Shown one piece after another: positions 36,801 to 46,362 of a DNA stretch of 64,000 nucleotides (positions within the stretch are counted from its first letter, which is position 1; every line of letters starts with the position of its first letter). The notes beneath the pieces were generated by a model that did no database searches, was not told the origin of the DNA, and was given only the letters and a program-made list of their open reading frames with translations. Both the position numbers and the translations under genes were made by a program. Where the stretch lies: positions 2,046,001 through 2,110,000 of the forward strand of contig NC_092006.1 of the NCBI RefSeq assembly GCF_044704955.1, read 5' to 3'. The stretch is from Pristiophorus japonicus (Eukaryota).

Positions 36801-37069
36801 CGTGCCCAGTGAGGTCCTACCACGCCGTGTACACCTGGAGCTACAACCAGAAGGACCAGTTCGCCTGCACCATCAAGGATGGCTCGTGTCCGCTGATATT
36901 CAATGGGGAGGTCCCCATGAGCGAGGGGCTCTTCAAGTGCACCGCCAGCGAAGATGGACTGAAGGAGGAACTGGCCGTCTACAAGGTCACGTTGAACGAG
37001 GGGAGTGCGCCAATGCTGGAGCGCACGGCCCTCCTCCTCAGTCTGGCCGCCGTTTGCGCCCTGATGTAA
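12781..37069 (+). CDS. Semaphorin-7A-like GPI-anchored semaphorin, 14 coding exons: join(12781-12868,13407-13546,<15054-15091,17934-18032,21254-21365,22429-22524,23747-23886,25131-25309,25867-25978,29035-29224,31040-31155,33042-33214,35821-35876,36735-37069), ~630 aa
   Basis: All visible junctions are GT-AG with compatible phases and no stops. Sema motifs (DCENVIT, CGTHAGSPTCW, IYFFFSE, SRIGRVCK, WTTFLKARLIC), SEMA7A-like segments (DIDRAFKTSRLKGY, GKIHKV, YLPCPVRSYHAVYTW), PSI (CVAARDPYCGWD), Ig domain, hydrophobic C-terminus without cytoplasmic tail. No symbol given because it may be a paralog rather than the SEMA7A ortholog. Confidence 0.9.
13407..13546 (+). CDS. Semaphorin-7-like exon 2
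   Basis: CCACAG acceptor; DLPHLEFGSLEKYTVQFHDQRADTLYIGVTGAVLRVTFTQFNASHTS, resembling recalled SEMA7A DFGQTEPHTVLFHE...VWVGGRGKV. Confidence 0.85.
13780..14853 (+). repeat. G-rich polypurine low-complexity array (GGAGAGGAGTGGGG-like), followed by a 200-N gap (14854-15053)
   Basis: Direct reading. Confidence 0.95.
15054..15091 (+). CDS. Semaphorin-7-like exon 3 (5' part hidden in gap)
   Basis: RESCKSKGPPSQ then CAG|GTAAGG; matches the expected short Cys-containing exon, phase 0. Confidence 0.7.
15615..16070 (+). mobile_element. Unclassified SINE sharing its 3' tail with a CR1/L2-type LINE
   Basis: Head with GAGTTCAAATC (B-box-like), body TGATGTCCTTCAG..GGAAATCTG..CCAGACCCACAGCA, tail CTCACCACCACCTTCTC..GCAATAAATGCCGGCCTTGCCAGCGAC. 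Second copy at ~5713-6005(-); partner LINE ends ([30 protein letters not shown]) at ~25460-25760(-) and 55390-55795(+). Confidence 0.6.
16150..16335 (-). repeat. 51-bp tandem repeat derived from CR1 ORF2 (RPHxExCAQFWSP)
   Basis: Units start at 16150, 16201, 16252 and 16303. Confidence 0.85.
16440..17798 (+). repeat. DeuSINE head plus 33-bp minisatellite (~38 units)
   Basis: tRNA-like head followed by tandem 33-mers. Confidence 0.9.
17934..18032 (+). CDS. Semaphorin-7-like exon 4
   Basis: DDCENVITVIERVNSSTVMVCGTHAGSPTCWFL; AG/GT flanks. Confidence 0.92.
18268..19205 (-). mobile_element. Non-coding retroelement with an RTE-like 3' end, split by a CR1 (18313-18770)
   Basis: Ends GCAAGTCATCCTCGATTCGAGGGACTG plus an (AAG)n-like tail. 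Other copies at ~43545-44085(-), 52855-53113(+), 53305-53705(-), 54800-55105(+). Confidence 0.65.
19418..20852. mobile_element. Putative non-autonomous PIF/Harbinger-like DNA transposon with an internal 40/61-bp composite tandem repeat (~19580-20405)
   Basis: TTA|GGGGCTGAAAT ... AATTTTGGCCC|TTA: imperfect TIR (7/11) with matching TTA flanks. Confidence 0.5.
21254..21365 (+). CDS. Semaphorin-7-like exon 5
   Basis: RNNGTQLVMDKEGHGFVIDGKEISPPSPAQRPVTIAV; TTTTTCAG acceptor, GTCAGT donor. Confidence 0.8.
21503..22006 (+). repeat. DeuSINE head plus 33-bp minisatellite (~12 units)
   Basis: Head TGGCTCAGTGG..GGATTCGAGTCCC followed by the array. Confidence 0.88.
22010..22302 (+). repeat. 46-bp minisatellite
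   Basis: CCATTGGGATTGTGTACAGTGGGAGTGAATGGGAAGGGGTTTGTGT, ~6 copies. Confidence 0.92.
22429..22524 (+). CDS. Semaphorin-7-like exon 6
   Basis: EGNLYSAMTSSGTIQRSYWKGKHLRTEDKWFQ; GTAAGT donor. Confidence 0.88.
23747..23886 (+). CDS. Semaphorin-7-like exon 7
   Basis: NPTFVGSAWIKLKDSSKDEIYFFFSETEDSAGLDGKPYRSRIGRVCK; GTAAGG donor. Confidence 0.92.
23920..24990 (+). repeat. 33-bp minisatellite (~23 units) plus DeuSINE body and tail
   Basis: Array ~23922-24680 followed by the Deu-like domain and GGCGCTAT..AAATGCAA tail. Confidence 0.88.
25131..25309 (+). CDS. Semaphorin-7-like exon 8
   Basis: VDEGASKTAQESWTTFLKARLICGFPTELRLFNKIEDAFVLLVEDDPRGSIVYGIFSSLW; GTGAGC donor. Confidence 0.92.
25867..25978 (+). 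CDS. Semaphorin-7-like exon 9
   Basis: NSTAICAYSQVDIDRAFKTSRLKGYTGNLAGNQRPGT; GTAAGG donor. Confidence 0.92.
26147..26610 (+). repeat. 43-bp minisatellite derived from the CR1 3' end
   Basis: GGAACAGGAGGAGGCCCATTCAGCCCCTCGAGCCTGTTACACA, ~11 copies, running directly into CR1 UTR sequence CCGCCATTCAATGAGATCA. Confidence 0.9.
26630..27522 (+). mobile_element. CR1 LINE 3' fragment inserted into an older minus-strand CR1
   Basis: Degenerate ORF2 end (FDRVDTERMFPLVGKSITRGH...[15 protein letters not shown]); the host CR1 resumes at ~27523-27890. Confidence 0.8.
28028..28830 (-). mobile_element. CR1 LINE 3' fragment
   Basis: [17 protein letters not shown]...[15 protein letters not shown]... on the minus strand, with a TTTCTATG-type tail. 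Confidence 0.9.
29035..29224 (+). CDS. Semaphorin-7-like exon 10
   Basis: CTTGNVPKNVLSAIRNHPEIEDPIYPIKRHPLYVMKHSSYTRITADRVKGASQNFYQVLFLGT. Confidence 0.92.
29236..30990 (+). repeat. 38-41-bp G-rich minisatellite filling semaphorin intron 10
   Basis: GGGGTATGTAACAGGGAGGTGGGGTATTGGCTCT(GT)GGGT, ~44 copies. Confidence 0.95.
31040..31155 (+). CDS. Semaphorin-7-like exon 11
   Basis: GNGKIHKVLHSNGKSFIIAELSPFKAEAPISVMTLDSSK; GTAATA donor. Confidence 0.9.
31385..32135 (-). mobile_element. CR1 LINE 3' fragment
   Basis: QVQQAIKKANGLLAFI...[12 protein letters not shown] on the minus strand plus CR1 3' UTR. Confidence 0.88.
33042..33214 (+). CDS. Semaphorin-7-like exon 12 (PSI domain)
   Basis: GHLFVGTSRETVRLPLADCEAYGSSCKQCVAARDPYCGWDRASGKCVAIPWDLNVSN. 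Confidence 0.93.
33790..34357 (+). repeat. 65/68-bp minisatellite
   Basis: Same unit; a remnant resumes at ~35072-35113 after the CR1. Confidence 0.93.
34358..35072 (-). mobile_element. CR1 LINE 3' fragment inserted in a 65/68-bp array
   Basis: [47 protein letters not shown]; very similar subfamily copy at ~51235-51900(-). Confidence 0.88.
35821..35876 (+). CDS. Semaphorin-7-like exon 13
   Basis: STIVQNVEQLNVSICDGSS; TTGCAG acceptor, GTAACA donor; phases 2/1 fit the neighbouring exons. Confidence 0.85.
36220..36547 (+). repeat. 68-bp minisatellite
   Basis: Same unit, ~5 copies. Confidence 0.93.
36735..37069 (+). CDS. Semaphorin-7-like exon 14 (Ig domain and GPI-type signal)
   Basis: DVVVFSERPKELSINSGAYLYLPCPVRSYHAVYTW...GLFKCTASEDG...NEGSAPMLERTALLLSLAAVCALM*. 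Confidence 0.92.
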
Positions 37070-37614
37070 AGTGGTGGGGGGGGGGGGGGGGGGGGGGGGG
37101 GAGGGGGCTGAGGCACGCATGGAGTAAGCCAATTTTGTACTGAATGTAAACTCTCGATAGGCCGGAGAACAGAAGCTGGCACCGTGTCCCAAATGCAATA
37201 TATTCACGACCAAGTCGATCACAGTCGCTCCGACCCCACCCGCCTGCGCCCCTCTCTCGTCCCACCCCGACACCCGTCTACGCTCCCTCCGCACCGATTG
37301 GTTACGGCTCCGCGGAGTACGGGCCGCCAGTCGCTCCCGCGCAGTGAAGGATTACTGGGCCACAGGGTCGGTTCGGTCACGGTGTAGCCCGCCTCAGTTT
37401 GTCAGTCCGTTGCCGATCCTTCAGTGCTGGGGAAGGGGCCGGTGCCGTGGCGGAATTACTCCGCATGGAGTTAGGGGCATGCTCCGTCCATCGGGCGGCT
37501 CCACAGCGCAACAATGCCTCTCACTCGGCACTAAATGGGTCCTTTCACTCAGATACCGCCGGATGTGAAAACACACTGGGCTCATCTACAATTGGGAACA
37601 TAGGCATACTGGTG

Positions 37615-38575
37615 CAGAGTGCAGAGAGAGCTTTACTCTGTATCTAACCCCCTGTACCTGCCCTGGGAGTGTTTGATGGGACAGTGTAGAGGGAGCTTTA
37701 CTCTGTATCTAACCCCCTGTACCTGCCCTGGGAGTGTTTGATGGGACAGTGTAGAGGGAGCTTTACTCTGTACCTAACCCCGTGTTGTACCTGCCCTGGG
37801 AGTGTTTGATGGGACAGTGTAGAGGGAGCTTTACTCTGTATCTAACCCCCTGTACCTGCCCTGGGAGTGTTTGATGGGACAGTGTAGAGGGAGCTTTACT
37901 CTGTATCTAACCCCGTGCTGTACCTGCCCCGGGAGTGTTTGATGGGACAGTGTAGAGGGAGCTTTACTCTGTATCTAACCCCCTGTACCTGCCCTGGGAG
38001 TGTTTGATGGGACAGTGTAGAGGGAGCTTTACTCTGCATCTAACCCCCTGTACCTGCCCTGGGAGTGTGTGATGGGACAGTGTAGAGGGAGCTTTACTCT
38101 GTATCTAACCCCCTGTACCTGCCCTGGGAGTGTTTGATGGGACAGTGTAGAGGGAGCTTTACTCTGTATCTAACCCCCTGTACCTGCCCTGGGAGTGTTT
38201 GATGGGACAGTGTAGAGGGAGCTTTACTCTGTATCTAACCCGTGCTGTACCTGCCCTGGGAGTGTTTGATGGGACAGTGTAGAGGGAGCTTTACTCTGTA
38301 TCTAACCCCGTGCTGTACCTGCGCTGGGAGTGTTTGATGGGACAGTGTAGAGCGAGCTTTACTCTGTATCTAACCCCGTGCTGTACCTGCCCTGGGAGTG
38401 TTTGATGGGACAGTGTAGAGGGAGCTTTACTCTGTATCTAACCCCGTGCTGTACCTGCGCTGGGAGTGTTTGATGGGACAGTGTAGAGGGAGCTTTACTC
38501 TGTATCTAACCCCTGCTGTACCTGCCCTGGGAGTGTTTGATGGGACAGTGTAGAGGGAGTTTTACTCTGTAACTA
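37615..38575 (+). repeat. 65/68-bp minisatellite
   Basis: Same unit, ~14 copies, downstream of the semaphorin stop codon. Confidence 0.93.
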
Positions 38576-38924
38576 AGTCATTTCCATTTAAGCAGAATTG
38601 GTATTAAGAACAGATGTCCATCAACCTATACTGCCTTTCACAAACTGGGGTGTAGCATCCCTAGAGTTTGACGTCTTCACCATCACGAAATAAGGGAACG
38701 GAGTGTAATATTTGCAGACCCTACCCCTCCCAGAAGAGCACCTCCTGATGGCTCAGTTGGTAACTGCACTGTTTGTTAGGGAGTCAGAGCAAGAAAGGCC
38801 CGCCTTCGAATCTGCTCCATGCTGCGATAGCTGGGTTACCTCGGGTATGCTACAATTTCCAGGGTCCTGGAAAATAAAACTAGCCAAGGTCTGCCACCCC
38901 TGCTCACCGTCCAGTGACGGCAAC

Positions 38925-39592
38925 CATAGCTTGCATTTATATAGCGCCTTTAATGTAGTAAAACGTCCCAAGGTGCTTCACAGGAAGGTAAATCAGACAG
39001 AATTTGGCACCGAGCCACGTAAGGAGATATTAGGGACAGGTGACCAAAAGCTGGGTCGGAGAGGTTAGTTTTAAAGGAGGAGAGAGAGGCGGAGAGGTTT
39101 AGGGAAGGAGTTCCAGAGCTTGGGGCCCAAGCAGCTAAAGGCACGGCCACCGATGGTGGAGCAATGGAAATCGGGGGATGCTGAAAAGGCTAGAATAGGC
39201 GGAGCGCAGAGATCTCCGGAGGGGGATTGTAGGGCTGGAGGAGGTTACAGAGATAGGGAGGGGTGTAGGGGCTAGAGGAGGTTACAGAGATAGGGAGGGG
39301 TGTAGGGGCTGGAGGAGGTTACAGAGATTGGGAGGGGTGTAGGGGCTGGAGGAGGTTACAGAGATAGGGAGGGGTGTAGGGGCTGGAGGAGGTTACAGAG
39401 ATAGGGAGGGGTGTAGGGGCTGGAGGAGGTTAGAGAGAGAGGGGTGTAGGGGCTGGAGGAGATTACAGAGATAGGGAGGGGTGTAGGGGCTGGAGGAGGT
39501 TACAGAGATAGGGAGGGGTGTAGGGGCTGGAGGAGGTTACAGAGATAGGGAGGGGTGTAGGGGCTGGAGGAGATTACAGAGATAGGGAGGGG
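38925..39592 (-). mobile_element. L2-clade LINE 3' fragment with the same 37-bp minisatellite (~39228-39590)
   Basis: Reverse-complement counterpart of the 3540-4615 element, ~10 units. Confidence 0.8.
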
Positions 39593-39781
39593 CTTACTCC
39601 TGCTGTAACATGTCAGGAAAGAATACGTGATGCCCTCTACACATGGACACCGGGTTCCTTCGGTGAGGCACCAGCCTGGTGCCCGTGAAACTGCCTGGGC
39701 ACCAATCAGCATCATCAGAAGGGGGGAAAAGACTGGTGGGGAGGCGGCGGGGAAAGTTTTAGAAAGAGGGGAGAGCCTGCC

Positions 39782-40056
39782 TGTAACGTATTTGCTTCCT
39801 GGGTTCTTGGCTTAAGAATTCATAGCAACACATTGCTATTAAGAACTAGTTGGTTTATTAGCAAAAGGTTTAACAATCACACTACACATTACCGGTTCAT
39901 CCACCAGGCTCACAACCACCTGCCCCATCGAGAAACCCCGAACCCAACTGGCCGGGGTTTTATTGAGTCTTGTGAACATCACGTGACTGGCTAAGCCCCT
40001 CCCCAACTCAACAGCTCGACCAACCGGTGAGCTACTCACATGGTGCACACTTTACA
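39782..40056 (-). mobile_element. Solo LTR (275 bp) with 5-bp target-site duplication
   Basis: CTGCC|TGTAA...TTACA|CTGCC; minus-strand AATAAA (TTTATT near 39853). Confidence 0.8.
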
Positions 40057-43000
40057 CTGCCCAGACAGAGACGCGGGCCCATTACACCTGACGAGAGCGA
40101 TCCCGACATGTACAGGTCCCGGTGATGCTCACCTGAACAGGAAATGTAACGTAACTCCGAAACTAGCACAGACACTTGGCGCTCGCTGATTCCCCATGCC
40201 GCACTGTCCCACAGTAACATAACGGTGCAGGGTGCCCTCATTTAGGTATTCAACTTACCTGTGTGATACTTGTGTAATATTATCCAGCACTTTTTCCCTC
40301 AGAGCAGGAGCCGGCCATTCGGCCCCTCGAGCCTCCTCCACTATTCAATCAGACACGGCTGATCTTGCACCTCAACTCCACTTTCCCGCCCGATCCCTCG
40401 ATTCTCCTCGAGTCTGAAAATCTATCGATCTCAGCCTTGAATATATTCAACGACTGAGCCCCCACAGCCCTCTGGGGCAGAGAATTCCAAAGATTCACCA
40501 CCTTCCGAGTGAAGAAATTCCTCCTCACCTCAGTCCTAAATGGCCGACCCCTTATCCTGAGACTGTGTGACCCCTGGTTCTGGACTCCCCAGCCCGGGGG
40601 GAAACACCCTCCCTGCATCTACCCTGTCAATCCCCCTCAGAATCTTGTATGTTTCAATGAGATCACCTGATTCTTCTAAACTCCAGAGAGTATCGGCCCA
40701 ATCTGCTCAACCTCTCCTCATAGGTCAGCCCTCTCACCCCTTGCTGTTATTGTATTCTCCTCTCTCTAAGAGCTTTGATCTGCTATGCCAATCTCTGCCC
40801 GATTGTGGTGCCACTCAGCCGGCACTGCTACCGGCATCCGCCCTGATCTGGCAGCCCCCATTCCCAATGAGGGGGTGCAGCGGCAGTTTACCAGAATGAT
40901 ACCCGGGCTCCAGAGGTTAAACGAGGAAAGGTTACACTTAGGATTAATTTCTCCGGAATTTAGAAGGTGAAGCAGAGATTTGATCGAGGTTTTCAGGATA
41001 TTAAGGGGAACAGATAGAGAGAAACATTGTCCACTGGTTGGGGAGTCTGGGACCAGGGGGCAGAGTCTAAACATTAGAGCCAGACCTTTCAGGAGTGAAG
41101 TTGGGAAACATTTCGACACACACAGGGTGGGAGAGGTTTGGAACTCTCTTCCGCAAACGGCAATCGATGCTGGGTCAATTGTTAATTTTAAATCGGCGAT
41201 TGATAGATTTCTGTTAACCAAAGGTATTGAGGGATACGGGCCCAAGGCAGGTATACATTTCAGCCATGAACTCACAATGCATACGAGGGAGAGGGGAATA
41301 GAGGGTTATGCAGATAGATTTAGATGAGGAAAGAGGGGAGGAGGCTCGAGTGGAGCACGGACTGTCTGGGCTGAACGGCCGGTTTCTGTGCTGTATATCC
41401 TGTGTAATGGCTTGAGGGGCTGACTGGCCTCCTGTTCCCATTGTGAATGGACTTTGTTGCGGGGGGGGTGTGGGAGAGCCCTTTGCTGTTGCGGAAAGCG
41501 AATGTACCCAGAGCGCCACTCAGTCCCGCCACCCGTCCGCCATACTTCCCATCGGGAACTCACAGCAATGGACAGCGTGGTTCGGCATGGGACTCGCACA
41601 CGCCTGGGGGGGGTGGGGGCGATCAAATATTGCAGGCTCGGCCCAAAAGCTGCAGTGCCACCTTGCGAGCAGGGCATGCGATTCACCCTTTGGATAGGCT
41701 GGAGTTGGCACGGGCATGTCTCTTTGAGAGCGAGCGAGCGACAATGCAAACGACTTTGATATTTCAGTTGTGGCCAATGTATCACAGGTTTGGGTGTGTA
41801 TGTGCATGATTTTAGGATGCGATGTGCATTTACAGGAACCAGAGTGCAATTTATTTTTAAGAAACAGTGAGCTAAGGATTAAATACTTTCGTACCTTTGG
41901 AGGACAGACTGCATGGCACTACTGAACAATGGCCTCCCCTTTTTCTAACATCAGCGATCTGCTGCCAGAGAGATAACTTTCAAAAATAAAGAATTGCATT
42001 CCAATCTGTTACCTGTCCCTGTGTCCCATGGCCAATTCAGAAGGCGTTAAGGTCCAACCACATAGCATTCCAACAACTTAGAGCGTAATCGGGACACATG
42101 TTGAGGACGGGGCGGGGAAATGGGATTGTTGGCGGATATGATGCCTCACACATTTGAATAGCCGGCTCGCTCTCGACTCGCACGTCACTTGAGGCCGCTT
42201 GGGGGAAACCGGGACTTGTGGAATCGAGTGTGGATTCCGGAGGGTGAGGGAGGGGAATAATACATCCCAATAACAGGCAGGAGTGGAGAGGAGAGCCGAG
42301 CCGCCTATTACATGACCAGAATCGCTGCCCTCGGGAGTCACATGCTCCGATCGGTGCTGCCCAGCTTCCAGCTCCCTGCCCCGCCACCATCCCACGATAC
42401 GCAGCCACCGATGTTCAACCCTCAACATCACCCGGGCAAAAAAAATACTTAAAGCAGCCACGTTGGGTGTGTGTGTGACCTGCCTGCGAATGTGGGGCCA
42501 GGGGCATTTTAAAACTGCATTCCCCCATTTAAGATGCTTTGCACTGTAATGGACGTTATACTCCAAGTCCAAATAGGGACTCTTGTTTTTTAAATCAGTT
42601 TAATTTTGTAAGTGTATCAGCACCGTGACTGGTTACAATCGGAATATCTGGTCCAACAAAAATGAATGTTTAAATAAAGGACTGAATGTTGAAGCGCCTG
42701 CCTTTCGTTCAATCATTTAGATATCGGTGTGTTTTTATGTGGGGTATATCGGGTAGCAAGTGCTTTCGCTATCCCCTTCCCCCGAGGTCGCTGACCCTCA
42801 CTGGGATACGGGTTCCATGGATGCTGATACAAGACATCAATGTTCGGAGCAGGAGTCGGCCATTCGGCCCCTCGAGCCTGCTCCGCCATTCAATACGATC
42901 ACGGCTGATCATTGACCACAACTCCACTTTCCTGCCCGATCCCCAAAATCACTCGATTCCCCTCGAGTCCAACAATCTATCGATCTCAGCCTTGAATATA

Positions 43001-44783
43001 CTCAACGACTGAGCCTCCACAGCCCTCTGGGGGCAGAGAATTCCAAAGATTCACCACCCTCTGAGTGAAGAAATTCCTCCTCGTCTCAGTCCTCAATGGC
43101 CGAGCCCTTATCCTGAGACTGTGTGACCCCTGGTTCTAGACTCCCCAGCCCGGGGGGAAACATCCTCCCTGCATCTACCCTGTCAATCCCCCTTAGAATC
43201 TTGTACGTTTCAATGAGATCACCTCTCGTTCTTCTAAACTCCAGAGAGTATCAGCCCGATCCACTCAATCTCTCCTCATAGGACAGCCCTCCGATCACAG
43301 GGATCGATCGAGTGAACCTTCTGGGACCTTGCGTAAAGCGCTCTTGCTGTATGAACTGGGGAGTGGGGAAGGCAGGCTCTCCGACTGTACACAGTTTCTA
43401 GGCTGTGACCAATAATCTTCTCAAATCCACACAGGCATTGGCAGTATAGGGCCAGTGACAGCAGTCCGAGCGCTCGCCTTAAACTTGGCTTCAAGCAAAA
43501 AGGCAACTTATAAAAGCAGCCCGGGGCCCTTGCAAAACGATATCATCATTCTGTCCCTCGAATCGAGGATGACTTGCTTCCACGTCAGATGGTTCACAGG
43601 TGTTTCAATGATGGACCTAATATTCCAGATCCCGAACTACATGTAGAAGGGTGGAAGATGCCTGTGATTGGGGTGACCGTTGCACACCAGCCACCACACG
43701 GGCTTGACAGAGCGAGGTCTTGGTCCAGTGGCAAGGATTAACCAGGACGACTGGAGACCTGCTCTGCTGCACGGACCTAGTGCGCGCACACACATCGCAG
43801 TGTGGGCTGGCCCGTGCTGCCCCTGGGTCCCTGGCCCCGAACTCATGCCTCTCCCGGGCCCCGATCACGTCCCTCTACAATCTCTCGCTGCTCCTTCGCC
43901 CCGACCTCGCCGCTCCTGCTGAACCTGCCCACGCTCCAATCACCGACCTGGATCTTGGTGATGTCCAATTCAGTCGCCCTCTTTGCTGCCGTTACTCCCA
44001 TGCTCCAGCACGTGCTGCTCCCTGGAGTGGTACACCGCCACGCTGCTCCTTCCGCTCCCCGGCCTGCTCCGATGGTGCTCGCAGGCCAGGGGCCGCTCAG
44101 CCTGCTGGGCTAGACACCTGTACAGGTACGGTGACTGAGGGATTGGTGCTGGAGAGCGGTACGTACAGTCAATTAGGGCTGTGAGGATAGAGGCAGCTGT
44201 ATGTGTAATAAAAGTAAAAAGTCTTGCATTTCTATCATCATCTTCATAGGCAGTCCCTCAGAATCGAGGAAAACTTGCTTCCACTCTTAGAATGAGTCCT
44301 TAGGTGACTGAACAGTCCAATACGAGAGCCACAGTCCCTGTCACAGGTGGGACAGACAGGGGTTGAGGGAAGGGGAGGGTGGGACTGGTTTGCCGCACGC
44401 TCCTTCCGCTGCCTGCGCTTGGTTTCTGCACGCTCTCGGCGACGAGACTCGAGGTGCTCAGCGCCCCTCCCGGATGCACTTCCTCCACTTAGGGCGGACT
44501 GGTCTTTGGGCCAGGGACTCCCAGGTGTCGGTGGGGATGTTGCACTTAATCAGGGAGGCTTTGAGGGTGGTCCCTTGTAACGTTTCCTCTGCCACCTTTG
44601 GCTCGTTTGCCGTGAAGGAGTTCCGAGTAGAGCGCTTGCTTTGGGAGTCTCGTGTCTGGGGCATGCAGACAATGTGGCCTGCCCAGCGGAGCTGGTCGAT
44701 AGCGCCTTTCACAGTCTCAGGACGTCCCAAAGCGCTTTACAGCCAATGAGGTACTTTATTGGAACTGTGGTCACTGTTGTAAT

Positions 44784-46362
44784 ACCCAGGGCCTGATGGA
44801 CTGCATCCTAGAGTACTTAAGGAGGTGGCCTTGGAAATAGCGGATGCATTGACAGTCATTTTCCAACATTCCATTGACTCTGGATCAGTTCCTATGGAGT
44901 GGAGGGTAGCCAATGTAACCCCACTTTTTAAAAAAGGAGGGAGAGAGAAAACAGGGAATTATAGACCGGTCAGCCTGACCTCAGTAGTGGGTAAAATGAT
45001 GGAATCAATTATTAAGGATGTCATAGCAGTGCATCTGGAAAATGGTGACATGATAGGTCCAAGTCAGCATGGATTTGTGAAAGGGAAATCATGCTTGACA
45101 AATCTTCTGGAATTTTTTGAGGATGTTTCCAGTAAAGTGGACAAAGGAGAACCAGTTGATGTGGTATATTTGGACTTTCAGAAGGCTTTCGACAAGGTCC
45201 CACACAAGAGATTAATGTGCAAAGTTAAAGCACATGGGATTGGGGGTAGTGTGCTGACGTGGATTGAGAACTGGTTGTCAGACAGGAAGCAAAGAGTAGG
45301 AGTAAACGGGTACTTTTCAGAATGGCAGGCAGTGACTAGTGGAGTGCCGCAAGGTTCTGTGCTGGGGCCCCAGCTGTTTACATTGTACATTAATGATTTA
45401 GACGAGGGGATTAAATGCAGTATCTCCAAATTTGCGGATGATACTAAGTTGGGTGGCAGTGTGAGCTGCGAGGAGGATGCTATTAGGCTGCAGAGTGACT
45501 TGGATAGGTTAGGTGAGTGGGCAAATGCATGGCAGATGAAGTATAATGTGGATAAATGTGAGGTTATCCACTTTGGTGGTAAAAACAGAGAGACAGACTA
45601 TTATCTGAATGGTGACAGATTAGGAAAAGGGAAGGTGCAATGAGACCTGGGTGTCATGGTACATCAGTCATTGAAGGTTGGCATGCAGGTACAGCAGGCG
45701 GTTAAGAAAGCAAATGGCATGTTGGCCTTCATAGCGAGGGGATTTGAATACAGGGGCAGGGAGGTGTTGCTACAGTTGTACAGGGCCTTGGTGAGGCCAC
45801 ACCTGGAGTATTGTGTAGAGTTTTGGTCTCCTAACTTGAGGAAGGACATTCTTGCTATTGAGGGAGTGCAGCGAAGGTTCACCAGACTGATTCCCGGGAT
45901 GGCGGGACTGACCTATCAAGAAAGATTGGATCAATTGGGCTTGTATTCACTGGAGTTCAGAAGAATGAGAGGGGACCTCATAGAAACGTTTAAAATTCTG
46001 ACGGGTTTAGACAGGTTAGATGCAGAAAGAATGTTCCCAATGTTGGGGAAGTCCAGAACCAGGGGTCACAGTCTGAGGATAAGGGGTAAGCCATTTAGGA
46101 CCGAGATGAGGAGAAACTTCTTCACCCAGAGAGTGGTGAACCTGTGGAATTCTCTACCACAGAAAGTAGTTGAGGCCAATTCACTAAATATATTCAAAAG
46201 GGAGTTAGATGAAGTCCTTACTACTCGGGGGATCAAGGGTTATGGCGAGAAAGCAGGAAGGGGGTACTGAAGTTTCATGTTCAGCCATGAACTCATTGAA
46301 TGGCGGTGCAGGCTAGAAGGGCTGAATGGCCTGCTCCTGCACCTATTTTCTATGTTTCTATG
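44784..46362 (+). mobile_element. 5'-truncated CR1 LINE containing the reverse transcriptase domain
   Basis: NYRPVSLTSVVGK, YLDFQKAFDKVPH, GVPQGSVLGP, FADDTK; in frame except one TGA at 45641-45643; 3' UTR and TTTCTATG tail. Confidence 0.95.

Noticed and set aside
12781-37069. Calling the semaphorin SEMA6C or SEMA4A (both on human 1q21-22)
   Set aside because: Class 6 lacks an Ig domain, and both have TM plus cytoplasmic tails; this gene has an Ig domain, a GPI-type end and SEMA7A-like segments.
44825-46270. Host gene or active retroelement with reverse transcriptase
   Set aside because: 5'-truncated CR1 lacking the endonuclease and ORF1, with a premature stop.
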